A stretch of DNA of 64,000 nt from Paragordius varius (taxonomy: Eukaryota > Animalia > Nematomorpha). A program made the translations under genes and the position numbers. Below, piece by piece: positions 26,001 to 39,500 of the stretch; positions within the stretch are counted from its first letter, which is position 1, and every line of letters starts with the position of its first letter. The stretch lies in assembly GCA_964247055.1 (NCBI GenBank), contig OZ176050.1, forward strand, positions 744,001 to 808,000. The letters are read 5' to 3'. The notes under the pieces are model-generated. The model had not been told where the DNA came from. It was given only the letters and a program-made list of their open reading frames with translations, and did not search any database.

Positions 26001-29000
26001 AAATAAAAATGGCTACCTAAAATCCAAATTTGATCAGGTGATGTCACCATAATTTTTTTTGGGTAGCCCTATGGTAGTTCCATCATCACCCCAAATATTT
26101 TGGGGATCGGACTATAAATGTAATTTTTATGAATTTTTTAAATATTTAAAAAATTTATTTTATACGATTTTAAAAATAAAAATGGCTACCTAAAATCCAA
26201 ATTTGATCAGGTGATGTCACCATAATTTTTTTTGGGTAGCCCTATGGTAGTTCCATCATCACCCCAAATATTTTCGAGATCGGAGTATAAATGTAATTTT
26301 TATGAATTTTTTAAATATTTAAAAAATTTATTTTATACTTTAAAAATAAAAATGGCTACCTAAAATCCAAATTTGATCAGGTGATGTCACCATAATTTTT
26401 TTTAAGTAGCCCTATGGTAGTTCCATCATCACCCCAAATATTGTCGAGATCGGAGTATAAATGTAATTTTTTTAAATTATTTAAATATTTATAAAATTTA
26501 TTTTATACGATTTTAAAAATAAAAATGGCTACCTAAAATCCAAATTTGATCAAGTGATGTCACCATAATTTTTTTTGGGTAGCCCTATGGTAGTTCCATC
26601 ATCACCCCAAATATTTTCGAGATCGGAGTATAAATGTAATTTTTATGAATTTTTTAAATATTTAAAAAATTTATTTTATACGATTTTAAAAATAAAAATG
26701 GCTACCTAAAATCCAAATTTGATCAGGTGATGTCACTATAATTTTTATGGATAGCCCTATGGTAGTTCCATCATCACCCCAAATATTTTGGGGATCGGAC
26801 TATAAATGTAATTTTTATGAATTTTTTAAATATTTAAAAAATTTATTTTATACGATATTAAAAATAAAAATGGCTACCTAAAATCCAAATTTGATCAGGT
26901 AATGTCGCCATAATTTTTTTTGGGTAGCCCTATAGTAGTTCCATCATCACCCCAAATATTTTCGAGATCGGAGTATAAATGTAATTTTTATGAATTTTTT
27001 AAATATTTAAAAAATTTATTTTATACGATTTTAAAAATAAAAATGGCTACCTAAAATCCAAATTTGATCAGGTGATGTCGCCATAATTTTTTTTGGGTAG
27101 CCCTATAGTAGTTCCATCATCACCCCAAATATTTTGGGGATCGGAGTATAAATGTAATTTATATGAATTTTTTAAATATTTAAAAAATTTATTTTATACG
27201 ATTTTAAAAATAAAAATGGCTACCTAAAATCCAAATTTGATCAGGTGATGTCGCCATAATTTTTTTTGGGTAGCCCTATTCCATCATCACCCCAAATATT
27301 GTCGAGATCGTAGTATAAATGTAATTTTTATGAATTTTTTAAATATTTAAAAAAATTATTTTATACGATTTTAAAAAAAAAATGGCTACCTAAAATCCAA
27401 ATTTGATCAGGTGATGTCACCATAATTTTTTTTGCGTAGCCCTATGGTATTTCCATCATCACCCCAAATATTTTGGGGATCGGACTATAAATGTAATTTT
27501 TTTAAATATTTAAAAAATTTTGTTTATACGATTTTAAAAATAAAAATGGCTACCTAAAATCCAAATTTGATCAGGTGATGTCACTATAATTTTTATGGGT
27601 AGCCCTATGGTAGTTCCATCATCACCCCAAATATTTTCGAGATCGGAGTATAAATGTAATTTTTATGAATTTTTTAAATATTTAAAAAATTTATTTTATA
27701 CGATTTTAAAAATAAAAATGGCTACCTAAAATCCAAATTTGATCAGGTGATGTCGCCATAATTTTTTTTGGGTAGCCCTATTCCATCATCACCCCAAATA
27801 TTGTCGAGATCGTAGTATAAATGTAATTTTTATGAATTTTTTAAATATTTAAAAAAATTATTTTATACGATTTTAAAAAAAAAATGGCTACCTAAAATCC
27901 AAATTTGATCAGGTGATGTCACCATAATTTTTTTTGCGTAGCCCTATGGTATTTCCATCATCACCCCAAATATTTTGGGGATCGGACTATAAATGTAATT
28001 TTTTTAAATATTTAAAAAATTTTGTTTATACGATTTTAAAAATAAAAATGGCTACCTAAAATCCAAATTTGATCAGGTGATGTCACTATAATTTTTATGG
28101 GTAGCCCTATGGTAGTTCCATCATCACCCCAAATATTTTCGAGATCGGAGTATAAATGTAATTTTTATGAATTTTTTAAATATTTAAAAAATTTATTTTA
28201 TACGATTTTAAAAATAAAATTGGCTACCTAAAATCCAAATTTGATCAGGTGATGTCGCCATAATTTTTTTTGGGTAGCCCTATAGTAGTTCCATCATCAC
28301 CCCAAATATTTTGGGGATCGGAGTATAAATGTAATTTTTATGAATTTTTTAAATATTTAAAAAATTTATTTTATACGATTTTAAAAATAAAAATGGCTAC
28401 CTATTATCCAAATTTGATCAGGTGATGTCACCATAATTTTTTTTGCGTAGCCCTATGGTAGTTCCATCATCACCCCATATATTTTCGAGATCGGAGTATA
28501 AATGTAATTTTTATGAATTTTTTAAATATTTAAAAAAATTATTTTATACGATTTTAAAAAAAAATGGCTACCTAAAATCCAAATTTGATCAGGTGATGTC
28601 ACCATAATTTTTTTTGCGTAGCCCTATGGTATTTCCATCATCACCCCAAATATTTTGGGGATCGGACTATAAATGTAATTTTTTTAAATATTTAAAAAAT
28701 TTATTTTATACGATTTTAAAAATAAAAATGGCTACCTAAAATCCAAATTTGATCAGGTGATGTCACCATAATTTTTTTTGGGTAGCCCTATGGTAGTTCC
28801 ATCATCACCCCAAATATTGTCGAGATCGGAGTATAAATGTAATTTTTTTGAATTTTTTAAATATTTAAAAAATTTATTTTATACGATTTTAAAAATAAAA
28901 ATGGCTACCTAAAATCCAAATTTGATCAGGTGATGTCACCATAATTTTTTTTGGGTAGCCCTATGGTAGTTCCATCATCACCCCAAATATTTTGGGGATC

Positions 29001-30300
29001 GGACTATAAATGTAATTTTTATGAATTTTTTAAATATTTAAAAAATTTATTTTATACGATTTTAAAAATAAAAATGGCTACCTAAAATCCAAATTTGATC
29101 AGGTGATGTCGCCATAATTTTTTTTGGGTAGCCCTATGGTAGTTCCATCATCACCCCAAATATTTTGGGGATCGGACTATAAATGTAATTTTTATGAATT
29201 TTTTAAATATTTAAAAAATTTATTTTATACGATTTTAAAAATAAAAATGGCTACCTAAAATCCAAATTTGATCAGGTGATGTCGCCATAATTTTTTTTGG
29301 GTAGCCCTATTCCATCATCACCCCAAATATTGTCGAGATCGGAGTATAAATGTAATTTTTATGAATTTTTTAAATATTTAAAAAATTTATTTTATACGAT
29401 TTTAAAAATAAAAATGGCTACCTATTATCCAAATTTGATCAGGTGATGTCACCATAATTTTTTTTGCGTAGCCCTATGGTAGTTCCATCATCACCCCAAA
29501 TATTTTCGAGATCGGAGTATAAATGTAATTTTTATGAATTTTTTAAATATTTAAAAAAATTATTTTATACGATTTTAAAAAAAAAATGGCTACCTAAAAT
29601 CCAAATTTGATCAGGTGATGTCACCATAATTTTTTTTGCGTAGCCCTATGGTATTTCCATCATCACCCCAAATATTTTGGGGATCGGACTATAAATGTAA
29701 TTTTTTTAAATATTTAAAAAATTTATTTTATACGATTTTAAAAATAAAAATGGCTACCTAAAATCCAAATTTGATCAGGTGATGTCACCATAATTTTTTT
29801 TGGGTAGCCCTATGGTAGTTCCATCATCACCCCAAATATTGTCGAGATCGGAGTATAAATGTAATTATTTTGAATTTTTTAAATATTTAAAAAATTTATT
29901 TTATACGATTTTAAAAATAAAAATGGCTACCTAAAATCCAAATTTGATCAGGTGATGTCACCATAATTTTTTTTGCGTAGCCCTATGGTAGTTCCATCAT
30001 CACCCCAAATATTTTGGGGATCGGACTATAAATGTAATTTTTATGAATTTTTTAAATATTTAAAAAATTTATTTTATACGATTTTAAAAATAAAAATGGC
30101 TACCTAAAATCCAAATTTGATCAGGTGATGTCGCCATAATTTTTTTTGGGTAGCCCTATGGTAGTTCCATCATCACCCCAAATATTTTGGGGATCGGACT
30201 ATAAATGTAATTTTTATGAATTTTTTAAATATTTAAAAAATTTATTTTATACGATTTTAAAAATAAAAATGGCTACCTAAAATCCAAATTTGATCAGGTG
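23100..30300. repeat. 4596-bp duplication containing a 6-mer (1021 bp), with an adjacent 3-mer (502 bp) duplication
   Basis: cctattatcc at 23808/24829 and 28404/29425 (1021 within pairs, 4596 between pairs); gatcgtagt at 23217/27311/27813. Confidence 0.9.
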
Positions 30301-31304
30301 ATGTCACCATAATTTTTTTTGGGTAGCCCTATGGTAGTTTCATCATCACCCCAAATATTTTGGGGATCGGACTATAAATGTAATTTTTATGAATTTTTTA
30401 AATATTTAAAAAAATTATTTTATACGATTTTAAAAAAAAATGGCTACCTAAAATCCAAATTTGATCAGGTGATGTCACCATAATTTTTTTTGCGTAGCCC
30501 TATGGTATTTCCATCATCACCCCAAATATTTTGGGGATCGGACTATAAATGTAATTTTTTTAAATATTTAAAAAATTTATTTTATACGATTTTAAAAATA
30601 AAAATGGCTACCTAAAATCCAAATTTGATCAGGTGATGTCACCATAATTTTTTTTGGGTAGCCCTATGGTAGTTCCATCATCACCCCAAATATTGTCGAG
30701 ATCGGAGTATAAATGTAATTTTTTTGAATTTTTTAAATATTTAAAAAATTTATTTTATACGATTTTAAAAATAAAAATGGCTACCTAAAATCCAAATTTG
30801 ATCAGGTGATGTCACCATAATTTTTTTTGGGTAGCCCTATGGTAGTTCCATCATCACCCCAAATATTTTGGGGATCGGACTATAAATGTAATTTTTATGA
30901 ATTTTTTAAATATTTAAAAAATTTATTTTATACGATTTTAAAAATAAAAATGGCTACCTAAAATCCAAATTTGATCAGGTGATGTCGCCATAATTTTTTT
31001 TGGGTAGCCCTATGGTAGTTCCATCATCACCCCAAATATTTTGGGGATCGGACTATAAATGTAATTTTTATGAATTTTTTAAATATTTAAAAAATTTATT
31101 TTATACGATTTTAAAAATAAAAATGGCTACCTAAAATCCAAATTTGATCAGGTGATGTCGCCATAATTTTTTTTGGGTAGCCCTATTCCATCATCACCCC
31201 AAATATTGTCGAGATCGGAGTATAAATGTAATTTTTATGAATTTTTTAAATATTTAAAAAATTTATTTTATACGATTTTAAAAATAAAAATGGCTACCTA
31301 TTAT

Positions 31305-34300
31305 CCAAATTTGATCAGGTGATGTCACCATAATTTTTTTTGCGTAGCCCTATGGTAGTTCCATCATCACCCCAAATATTTTCGAGATCGGAGTATAAAT
31401 GTAATTTTTATGAATTTTTTAAATATTTAAAAAAATTATTTTATACGATTTTAAAAAAAAAATGGCTACCTAAAATCCAAATTTGATCAGGTGATGTCAC
31501 CATAATTTTTTTTGCGTAGCCCTATGGTATTTCCATCATCACCCCAAATATTTTGGGGATCGGACTATAAATGTAATTTTTTTAAATATTTAAAAAATTT
31601 ATTTTATACGATTTTAAAAATAAAAATGGCTACCTAAAATCCAAATTTGATCAGGTGATGTCACCATAATTTTTTTTGGGTAGCCCTATGGTAGTTCCAT
31701 CATCACCCCAAATATTGTCGAGATCGGAGTATAAATGTAATTATTTTGAATTTTTTAAATATTTAAAAAATTTATTTTATACGATTTTAAAAATAAAAAT
31801 GGCTACCTAAAATCCAAATTTGATCAGGTGATGTCACCATAATTTTTTTTGCGTAGCCCTATGGTAGTTCCATCATCACCCCAAATATTTTGGGGATCGG
31901 ACTATAAATGTAATTTTTATGAATTTTTTAAATATTTAAAAAATTTATTTTATACGATTTTAAAAATAAAAATGGCTACCTAAAATCCAAATTTGATCAG
32001 GTGATGTCGCCATAATTTTTTTTGGGTAGCCCTATGGTAGTTCCATCATCACCCCAAATATTTTGGGGATCGGACTATAAATGTAATTTTTATGAATTTT
32101 TTAAATATTTAAAAAATTTATTTTATACGATTTTAAAAATAAAAATGGCTACCTAAAATCCAAATTTGATCAGGTGATGTCACCATAATTTTTTTTGGGT
32201 AGCCCTATGGTAGTTTCATCATCACCCCAAATATTTTGGGGATCGGACTATAAATGTAATTTTTATGAATTTTTTAAATATTTAAAAAATTTATTTTATA
32301 CGATTTTAAAAATAAAAATGGCTACCTAAAATCCAAATTTGATCAGGTGATGTCACCATAATTTTTTTTGGGTAGCCCTATGGTAGTTCCATCATCACCC
32401 CAAATATTTTCGAGATCGGAGTATAAATGTAATTTTTATGAATTTTTTAAATATTTAAAAAATTTATTTTATACTTTAAAAATAAAAATGGCTACCTAAA
32501 ATCCAAATTTGATCAGGTGATGTCACCATAATTTTTTTTAAGTAGCCCTATGGTAGTTCCATCATCACCCCAAATATTGTCGAGATCGGAGTATAAATGT
32601 AATTTTTTTAAATTATTTAAATATTTATAAAATTTATTTTATACGATTTTAAAAATAAAAATGGCTACCTAAAATCCAAATTTGATCAGGTGATGTCACC
32701 ATGATTTTTTTTGGGTAGCCCTATGGTAGTTCCATCATCACCCCAAATATTTTCGAGATCGGAGTATAAATGTAATTTTTATGAATTTTTTAAATATTTA
32801 AAAAATTTATTTTATACGATATTAAAAATAAAAATGGCTACCTAAAATCCAAATTTGATCAGGTAATGTCGCCATAATTTTTTTTGGGTAGCCCTATAGT
32901 AGTTCCATCATCACCCCAAATATTTTCGAGATCGGAGTATAAATGTAATTTTTATGAATTTTTTAAATATTTAAAAAATTTATTTTATACGATTTTAAAA
33001 AAAAAATGGCTACCTAAAATCCAAATTTGATCAGGTGATGTCACTATAATTTTTTTTGGGTAGCCCTATGGTAGTTCCATCATCACCCCAAATATTTTCG
33101 AGATCGAAGTATAAATGTAATTTTTATGAATTTTTTAAATATTTAAAAAATTTATTTTATACGATTTTAAAAATAAAAATGGCTACCTAAAATCCAAATT
33201 TGATCAGGTGATGTCGCCATAATTTATTTTGGGTAGCCCTATGGTAGTTCCATCATCACCCCAAATATTTTGGGGATCGGACTATAAAGGTAATTTTTAT
33301 GAATTTTTTAAATATTTAAAAAATTTATTTTATACGATTTTAAAAATAAAAATGGCTACCTAAAATCCAAATTTGATCAGGTGATGTCACCATAATTTTT
33401 TTTGGGTAGCCCTATGGTAGTTCCATCATCACCCCAAATATTGTCGAGATCGGAGTATAAATGTAATTTTTATGAATTTTTTAAATATTTAAAAAATTTA
33501 TTTTATACGATTTTAAAAATAAAAATGGCTACCTAAAATCCCAATTTGATCAGGTGATGTCGCCATAATTTTTTTTGGGTAGAGCCCTATGGTAGTTCCA
33601 TCATCACATCAAATATTTTCGAGATCGGAGTATAAATGTAATTTTTATAAATTTTTTAAATATTTAAAAAATTTATTTTATACGATTTTAAAAATAAAAA
33701 TGGCTACCTAAAATCCAAATTTGATCAGGTGATGTCACTATAATTTTTTTGGGTAGCCCTATGGTAGTTCCATCATCACCCCAAATATTTTGGGGATCGG
33801 ACTATAAATGTAATTTTTATGAATTTTTTAAATATTTAAAAAATTTATTTTATACGATTTTAAAAATAAAAATGGCTACCTAAAATCCAAATTTGATCAG
33901 GTGATGTCACCATAATTTTTTTTGCGTAGCCCTATGGTAGTTCCATCATCACCCCAAATATTTTCGAGATCGGAGTATAAATGTAATTTTTATGAATTTT
34001 TTAAATATTTAAAAAAATTATTTTATACGATTTTAAAAAAAAAATGGCTACCTAAAATCCAAATTTGATCAGGTGATGTCACCATAATTTTTTTTGCGTA
34101 GCCCTATGGTATTTCCATCATCACCCCAAATATTTTGGGGATCGGACTATAAATGTAATTTTTTTAAATATTTAAAAAATTTATTTTATACGATTTTAAA
34201 AATAAAAATGGCTACCTAAAATCCAAATTTGATCAGGTGATGTCACCATAATTTTTTTTGGGTAGCCCTATGGTAGTTCCATCATCACCCCAAATATTGT

Positions 34301-36468
34301 CGAGATCGGAGTATAAATGTAATTATTTTGAATTTTTTAAATATTTAAAAAATTTATTTTATACGATTTTAAAAATAAAAATGGCTACCTAAAATCCAAA
34401 TTTGATCAGGTGATGTCACCATAATTTTTTTTGCGTAGCCCTATGGTAGTTCCATCATCACCCCAAATATTTTGGGGATCGGACTATAAATGTAATTTTT
34501 ATGAATTTTTTAAATATTTAAAAAATTTATTTTATACGATTTTAAAAATAAAAATGGCTACCTAAAATCCAAATTTGATCAGGTGATGTCGCCATAATTT
34601 TTTTTGGGTAGCCCTATGGTAGTTCCATCATCACCCCAAATATTTTGGGGATCGGACTATAAATGTAATTTTTATGAATTTTTTAAATATTTAAAAAATT
34701 TATTTTATACGATTTTAAAAATAAAAATGGCTACCTAAAATCCAAATTTGATCAGGTGATGTCACCATAATTTTTTTTGGGTAGCCCTATGGTAGTTTCA
34801 TCATCACCCCAAATATTTTGGGGATCGGACTATAAATGTAATTTTTATGAATTTTTTAAATATTTAAAAAATTTATTTTATACGATTTTAAAAATAAAAA
34901 TGGCTACCTAAAATCCAAATTTGATCAGGTGATGTCACCATAATTTTTTTTGGGTAGCCCTATGGTAGTTCCATCATCACCCCAAATATTTTCGAGATCG
35001 GAGTATAAATGTAATTTTTATGAATTTTTTAAATATTTAAAAAATTTATTTTATACTTTAAAAATAAAAATGGCTACCTAAAATCCAAATTTGATCAGGT
35101 GATGTCACCATAATTTTTTTTAAGTAGCCCTATGGTAGTTCCATCATCACCCCAAATATTGTCGAGATCGGAGTATAAATGTAATTTTTTTAAATTATTT
35201 AAATATTTATAAAATTTATTTTATACGATTTTAAAAATAAAAATGGCTACCTAAAATCCAAATTTGATCAGGTGATGTCACCATGATTTTTTTTGGGTAG
35301 CCCTATGGTAGTTCCATCATCACCCCAAATATTTTCGAGATCGGAGTATAAATGTAATTTTTATGAATTTTTTAAATATTTAAAAAATTTATTTTATACG
35401 ATATTAAAAATAAAAATGGCTACCTAGAATCCAAATTTGATCAGGTAATGTCGCCATAATTTTTTTTGGGTAGCCCTATAGTAGTTCCATCATCACCCCA
35501 AATATTTTCGAGATCGGAGTATAAATGTAATTTTTATGAATTTTTTAAATATTTAAAAAATTTATTTTATACGATTTTAAAAAAAAAATGGCTACCTAAA
35601 ATCCAAATTTGATCAGGTGATGTCACTATAATTTTTTTTGGGTAGCCCTATGGTAGTTCCATCATCACCCCAAATATTTTCGAGATCGAAGTATAAATGT
35701 AATTTTTATGAATTTTTTAAATATTTAAAAAATTTATTTTATACGATTTTAAAAATAAAAATGGCTACCTAAAATCCAAATTTGATCAGGTGATGTCGCC
35801 ATAATTTATTTTGGGTAGCCCTATGGTAGTTCCATCATCACCCCAAATATTTTGGGGATCGGACTATAAAGGTAATTTTTATGAATTTTTTAAATATTTA
35901 AAAAATTTATTTTATACGATTTTAAAAATAAAAATGGCTACCTAAAATCCAAATTTGATCAGGTGATGTCACCATAATTTTTTTTGGGTAGCCCTATGGT
36001 AGTTCCATCATCACCCCAAATATTGTCGAGATCGGAGTATAAATGTAATTTTTATGAATTTTTTAAATATTTAAAAAATTTATTTTATACGATTTTAAAA
36101 ATAAAAATGGCTACCTAAAATCCCAATTTGATCAGGTGATGTCGCCATAATTTTTTTTGGGTAGAGCCCTATGGTAGTTCCATCATCACATCAAATATTT
36201 TCGAGATCGGAGTATAAATGTAATTTTTATAAATTTTTTAAATATTTAAAAAATTTATTTTATACGATTTTAAAAATAAAAATGGCTACCTAAAATCCAA
36301 ATTTGATCAGGTGATGTCACTATAATTTTTTTGGGTAGCCCTATGGTAGTTCCATCATCACCCCAAATATTTTGGGGATCGGACTATAAATGTAATTTTT
36401 ATGAATTTTTTAAATATTTAAAAAATTTATTTTATACGATTTTAAAAATAAAAATGGCTACCTAAAAT
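31305..36468. repeat. Head-to-tail 15-monomer duplication (2582 bp): about 31305-33886 and 33887-36468
   Basis: gtaattattttg 31743/34325, taagtagcc 32540/35122, caggtaa 32860/35442 and the ag insertion 33581/36163 are all 2582 bp apart. Confidence 0.93.
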
Positions 36469-36589
36469 CCAAATTTGATCAGGTGATGTCGCCATAATTT
36501 TTTTTGGGTAGCCCTATGGTAGTTCCATCATCACCCCAAATATTTTCGAGATCGGAGTATAAATGTAATTTTTATGAATTTTTTAAATA

Positions 36590-39500
36590 TATAAAAAATT
36601 TTGTTTATACGATATTAAAAATAAAAATGGCTACCTAAAATCCAAATTTGATCAGGTGATGTCACTATAATTTTTTTTGGGTAGCCCTATGGTAGTTCCA
36701 TCATCACCCCAAATATTTTCGAGATCGGAGTATAAATGTAATTTTTATGAATTTAAATATTTAAAAAATTTATTTTATACGATTTTAAAAATAAAAATGG
36801 CTACCTAAAATCCAAATTTGATCAGGTGATGTCACTATAATTTTTATGGGTAGCCCTATGGTAGTTCCATCATCACCCCAAATATTTTCGAGATCGGAGT
36901 ATAAATGTAATTTTTATGAATTTTTTAAATATTTAAAAAATTTATTTTATACGATTTTAAAAATAAAAATGGCTACCTAAAATCCAAATTTGATCAGGTG
37001 ATGTCGCCATAATTTTTTTTGGGTAGCCCTATAGTAGTTCCATCATCACCCCAAATATTTTGGGGATCGGAGTATAAATGTAATTTTTATGAATTTTTTA
37101 AATATTTAAAAAATTTATTTTATACGATTTTAAAAATAAAAATGGCTACCTAAAATCCAAATTTGATCAGGTGATGTCGCCATAATTTTTTTTGGGTAGC
37201 CCTATTCCATCATCACCCCAAATATTGTCGAGATCGGAGTATAAATGTAATTTTTATGAATTTTTTAAATATTTAAAAAATTTATTTTATACGATTTTAA
37301 AAATAAAAATGGCTACCTAAAATCCAAATTTGATCAGGTGTTGTCACCATAATTTTTTTTGCGTAGCCCTATGGTAGTTCTATCATCACCGCAAATATTT
37401 TCGAGATCGGAGTATAAATGTAATTTTTATGAATTTTTTAAATATTTAAAAAATTTATTTTATACGATATTAAAAATAAAAATGGCTACCTAAAATCCAA
37501 ATTTGATCAGGTGATGTCACTATAATTTTTTTTGGGTAGCCCTATGGTAGTTCCATCATCACCCCAAATATTTTCGAGATCGGAGTATAAATGTAATTTT
37601 TATGAATTTTTTAAATATTTAAAAAATTTATTTTATACGATTTTAAAAATAAAAATGGCTACCTAAAATCCAAATTTGATCAGGTGATGTCACTATAATT
37701 TTTATGGGTAGCCCTATGGTAGTTCCATCATCACCCCAAATATTTTGGGGATCGGTCTATAAATGTAATTTTTATGAATTTTTTAAATATTTAAAAAATT
37801 TTGTTTATACGATATTAAAAATAAAAATGGCTACCTAAAATCCAAATTTGATCAGGTGATGTCACTATAATTTTTTTTGGGTAGCCCTATGGTAGTTCCA
37901 TCATCACCCCAAATATTTTCGAGATCGGAGTATAAATGTAATTTTTATGAATTTAAATATTTAAAAAATTTATTTTATACGATTTTAAAAATAAAAATGG
38001 CTACCTAAAATCCAAATTTGATCAGGTGATGTCACTATAATTTATATGGGTAGCCCTATGGTAGTTCCATCATCACCCCAAATATTTTCGAGATCGGAGT
38101 ATAAATGTAATTTTTATGAATTTTTTAAATATTTAAAAAATTTATTTTATACGATTTTAAAAATAAAAATGGCTACCTAAAATCCAAATTTGATCAGGTG
38201 ATGTCGCCATAATTTTTTTTGGGTAGCCCTATAGTAGTTCCATCATCACCCCAAATATTTTGGGGATCGGAGTATAAATGTAATTTTTATGAATTTTTTA
38301 AATATTTAAAAAATTTATTTTATACTTTAAAAATAAAAATGGCTACCTAAAATCCAAATTTGATCAGGTGATGTCGCCATAATTTTTTTTGGGTAGAGCC
38401 CTATGGTAGTTCCATCATCACATCAAATATTTTCGAGATCGGAGTATAAATGTAATTTTTATAAATTTTTTAAATATTTAAAAAATTTATTTTATACGAT
38501 TTTAAAAATAAAAATGGCTACCTAAAATCCAAATTTGATCAGGTGATGTCACTATAATTTTTTTGGGTAGCCCTATGGTAGTTCCATCATCACCCCAAAT
38601 ATTTTGGGGATCGGACTATAAATGTAATTTTTATGAATTTTTTAAATATTTAAAAAATTTATTTTATACGATTTTAAAAATAAAAATGGCTACCTAAAAT
38701 CCAAATTTGATCAGGTGATGTCGCCATAATTTTTTTTGGGTAGCCCTATGGTAGTTCCATCATCACCCCAAATATTTTCGAGATCGGAGTATAAATGTAA
38801 TTTTTATGAATTTTTTAAATATTTAAAAAATTTTGTTTATACGATATTAAAAATAAAAATGGCTACCTAAAATCCAAATTTGATCAGGTGATGTCACTAT
38901 AATTTTTTTTGGGTAGCCCTATGGTAGTTCCATCATCACCCCAAATATTTTCGAGATCGGAGTATAAATGTAATTTTTATGAATTTAAATATTTAAAAAA
39001 TTTATTTTATACGATTTTAAAAATAAAAATGGCTACCTAAAATCCAAATTTGATCAGGTGATGTCACTATAATTTTTATGGGTAGCCCTATGGTAGTTCC
39101 ATCATCACCCCAAATATTTTCGAGATCGGAGTATAAATGTAATTTTTATGAATTTTTTAAATATTTAAAAAATTTATTTTATACGATTTTAAAAATAAAA
39201 ATGGCTACCTAAAATCCAAATTTGATCAGGTGATGTCGCCATAATTTTTTTTGGGTAGCCCTATAGTAGTTCCATCATCACCCCAAATATTTTGGGGATC
39301 GGAGTATAAATGTAATTTTTATGAATTTTTTAAATATTTAAAAAATTTATTTTATACGATTTTAAAAATAAAAATGGCTACCTAAAATCCAAATTTGATC
39401 AGGTGATGTCGCCATAATTTTTTTTGGGTAGCCCTATTCCATCATCACCCCAAATATTGTCGAGATCGGAGTATAAATGTAATTTTTATGAATTTTTTAA

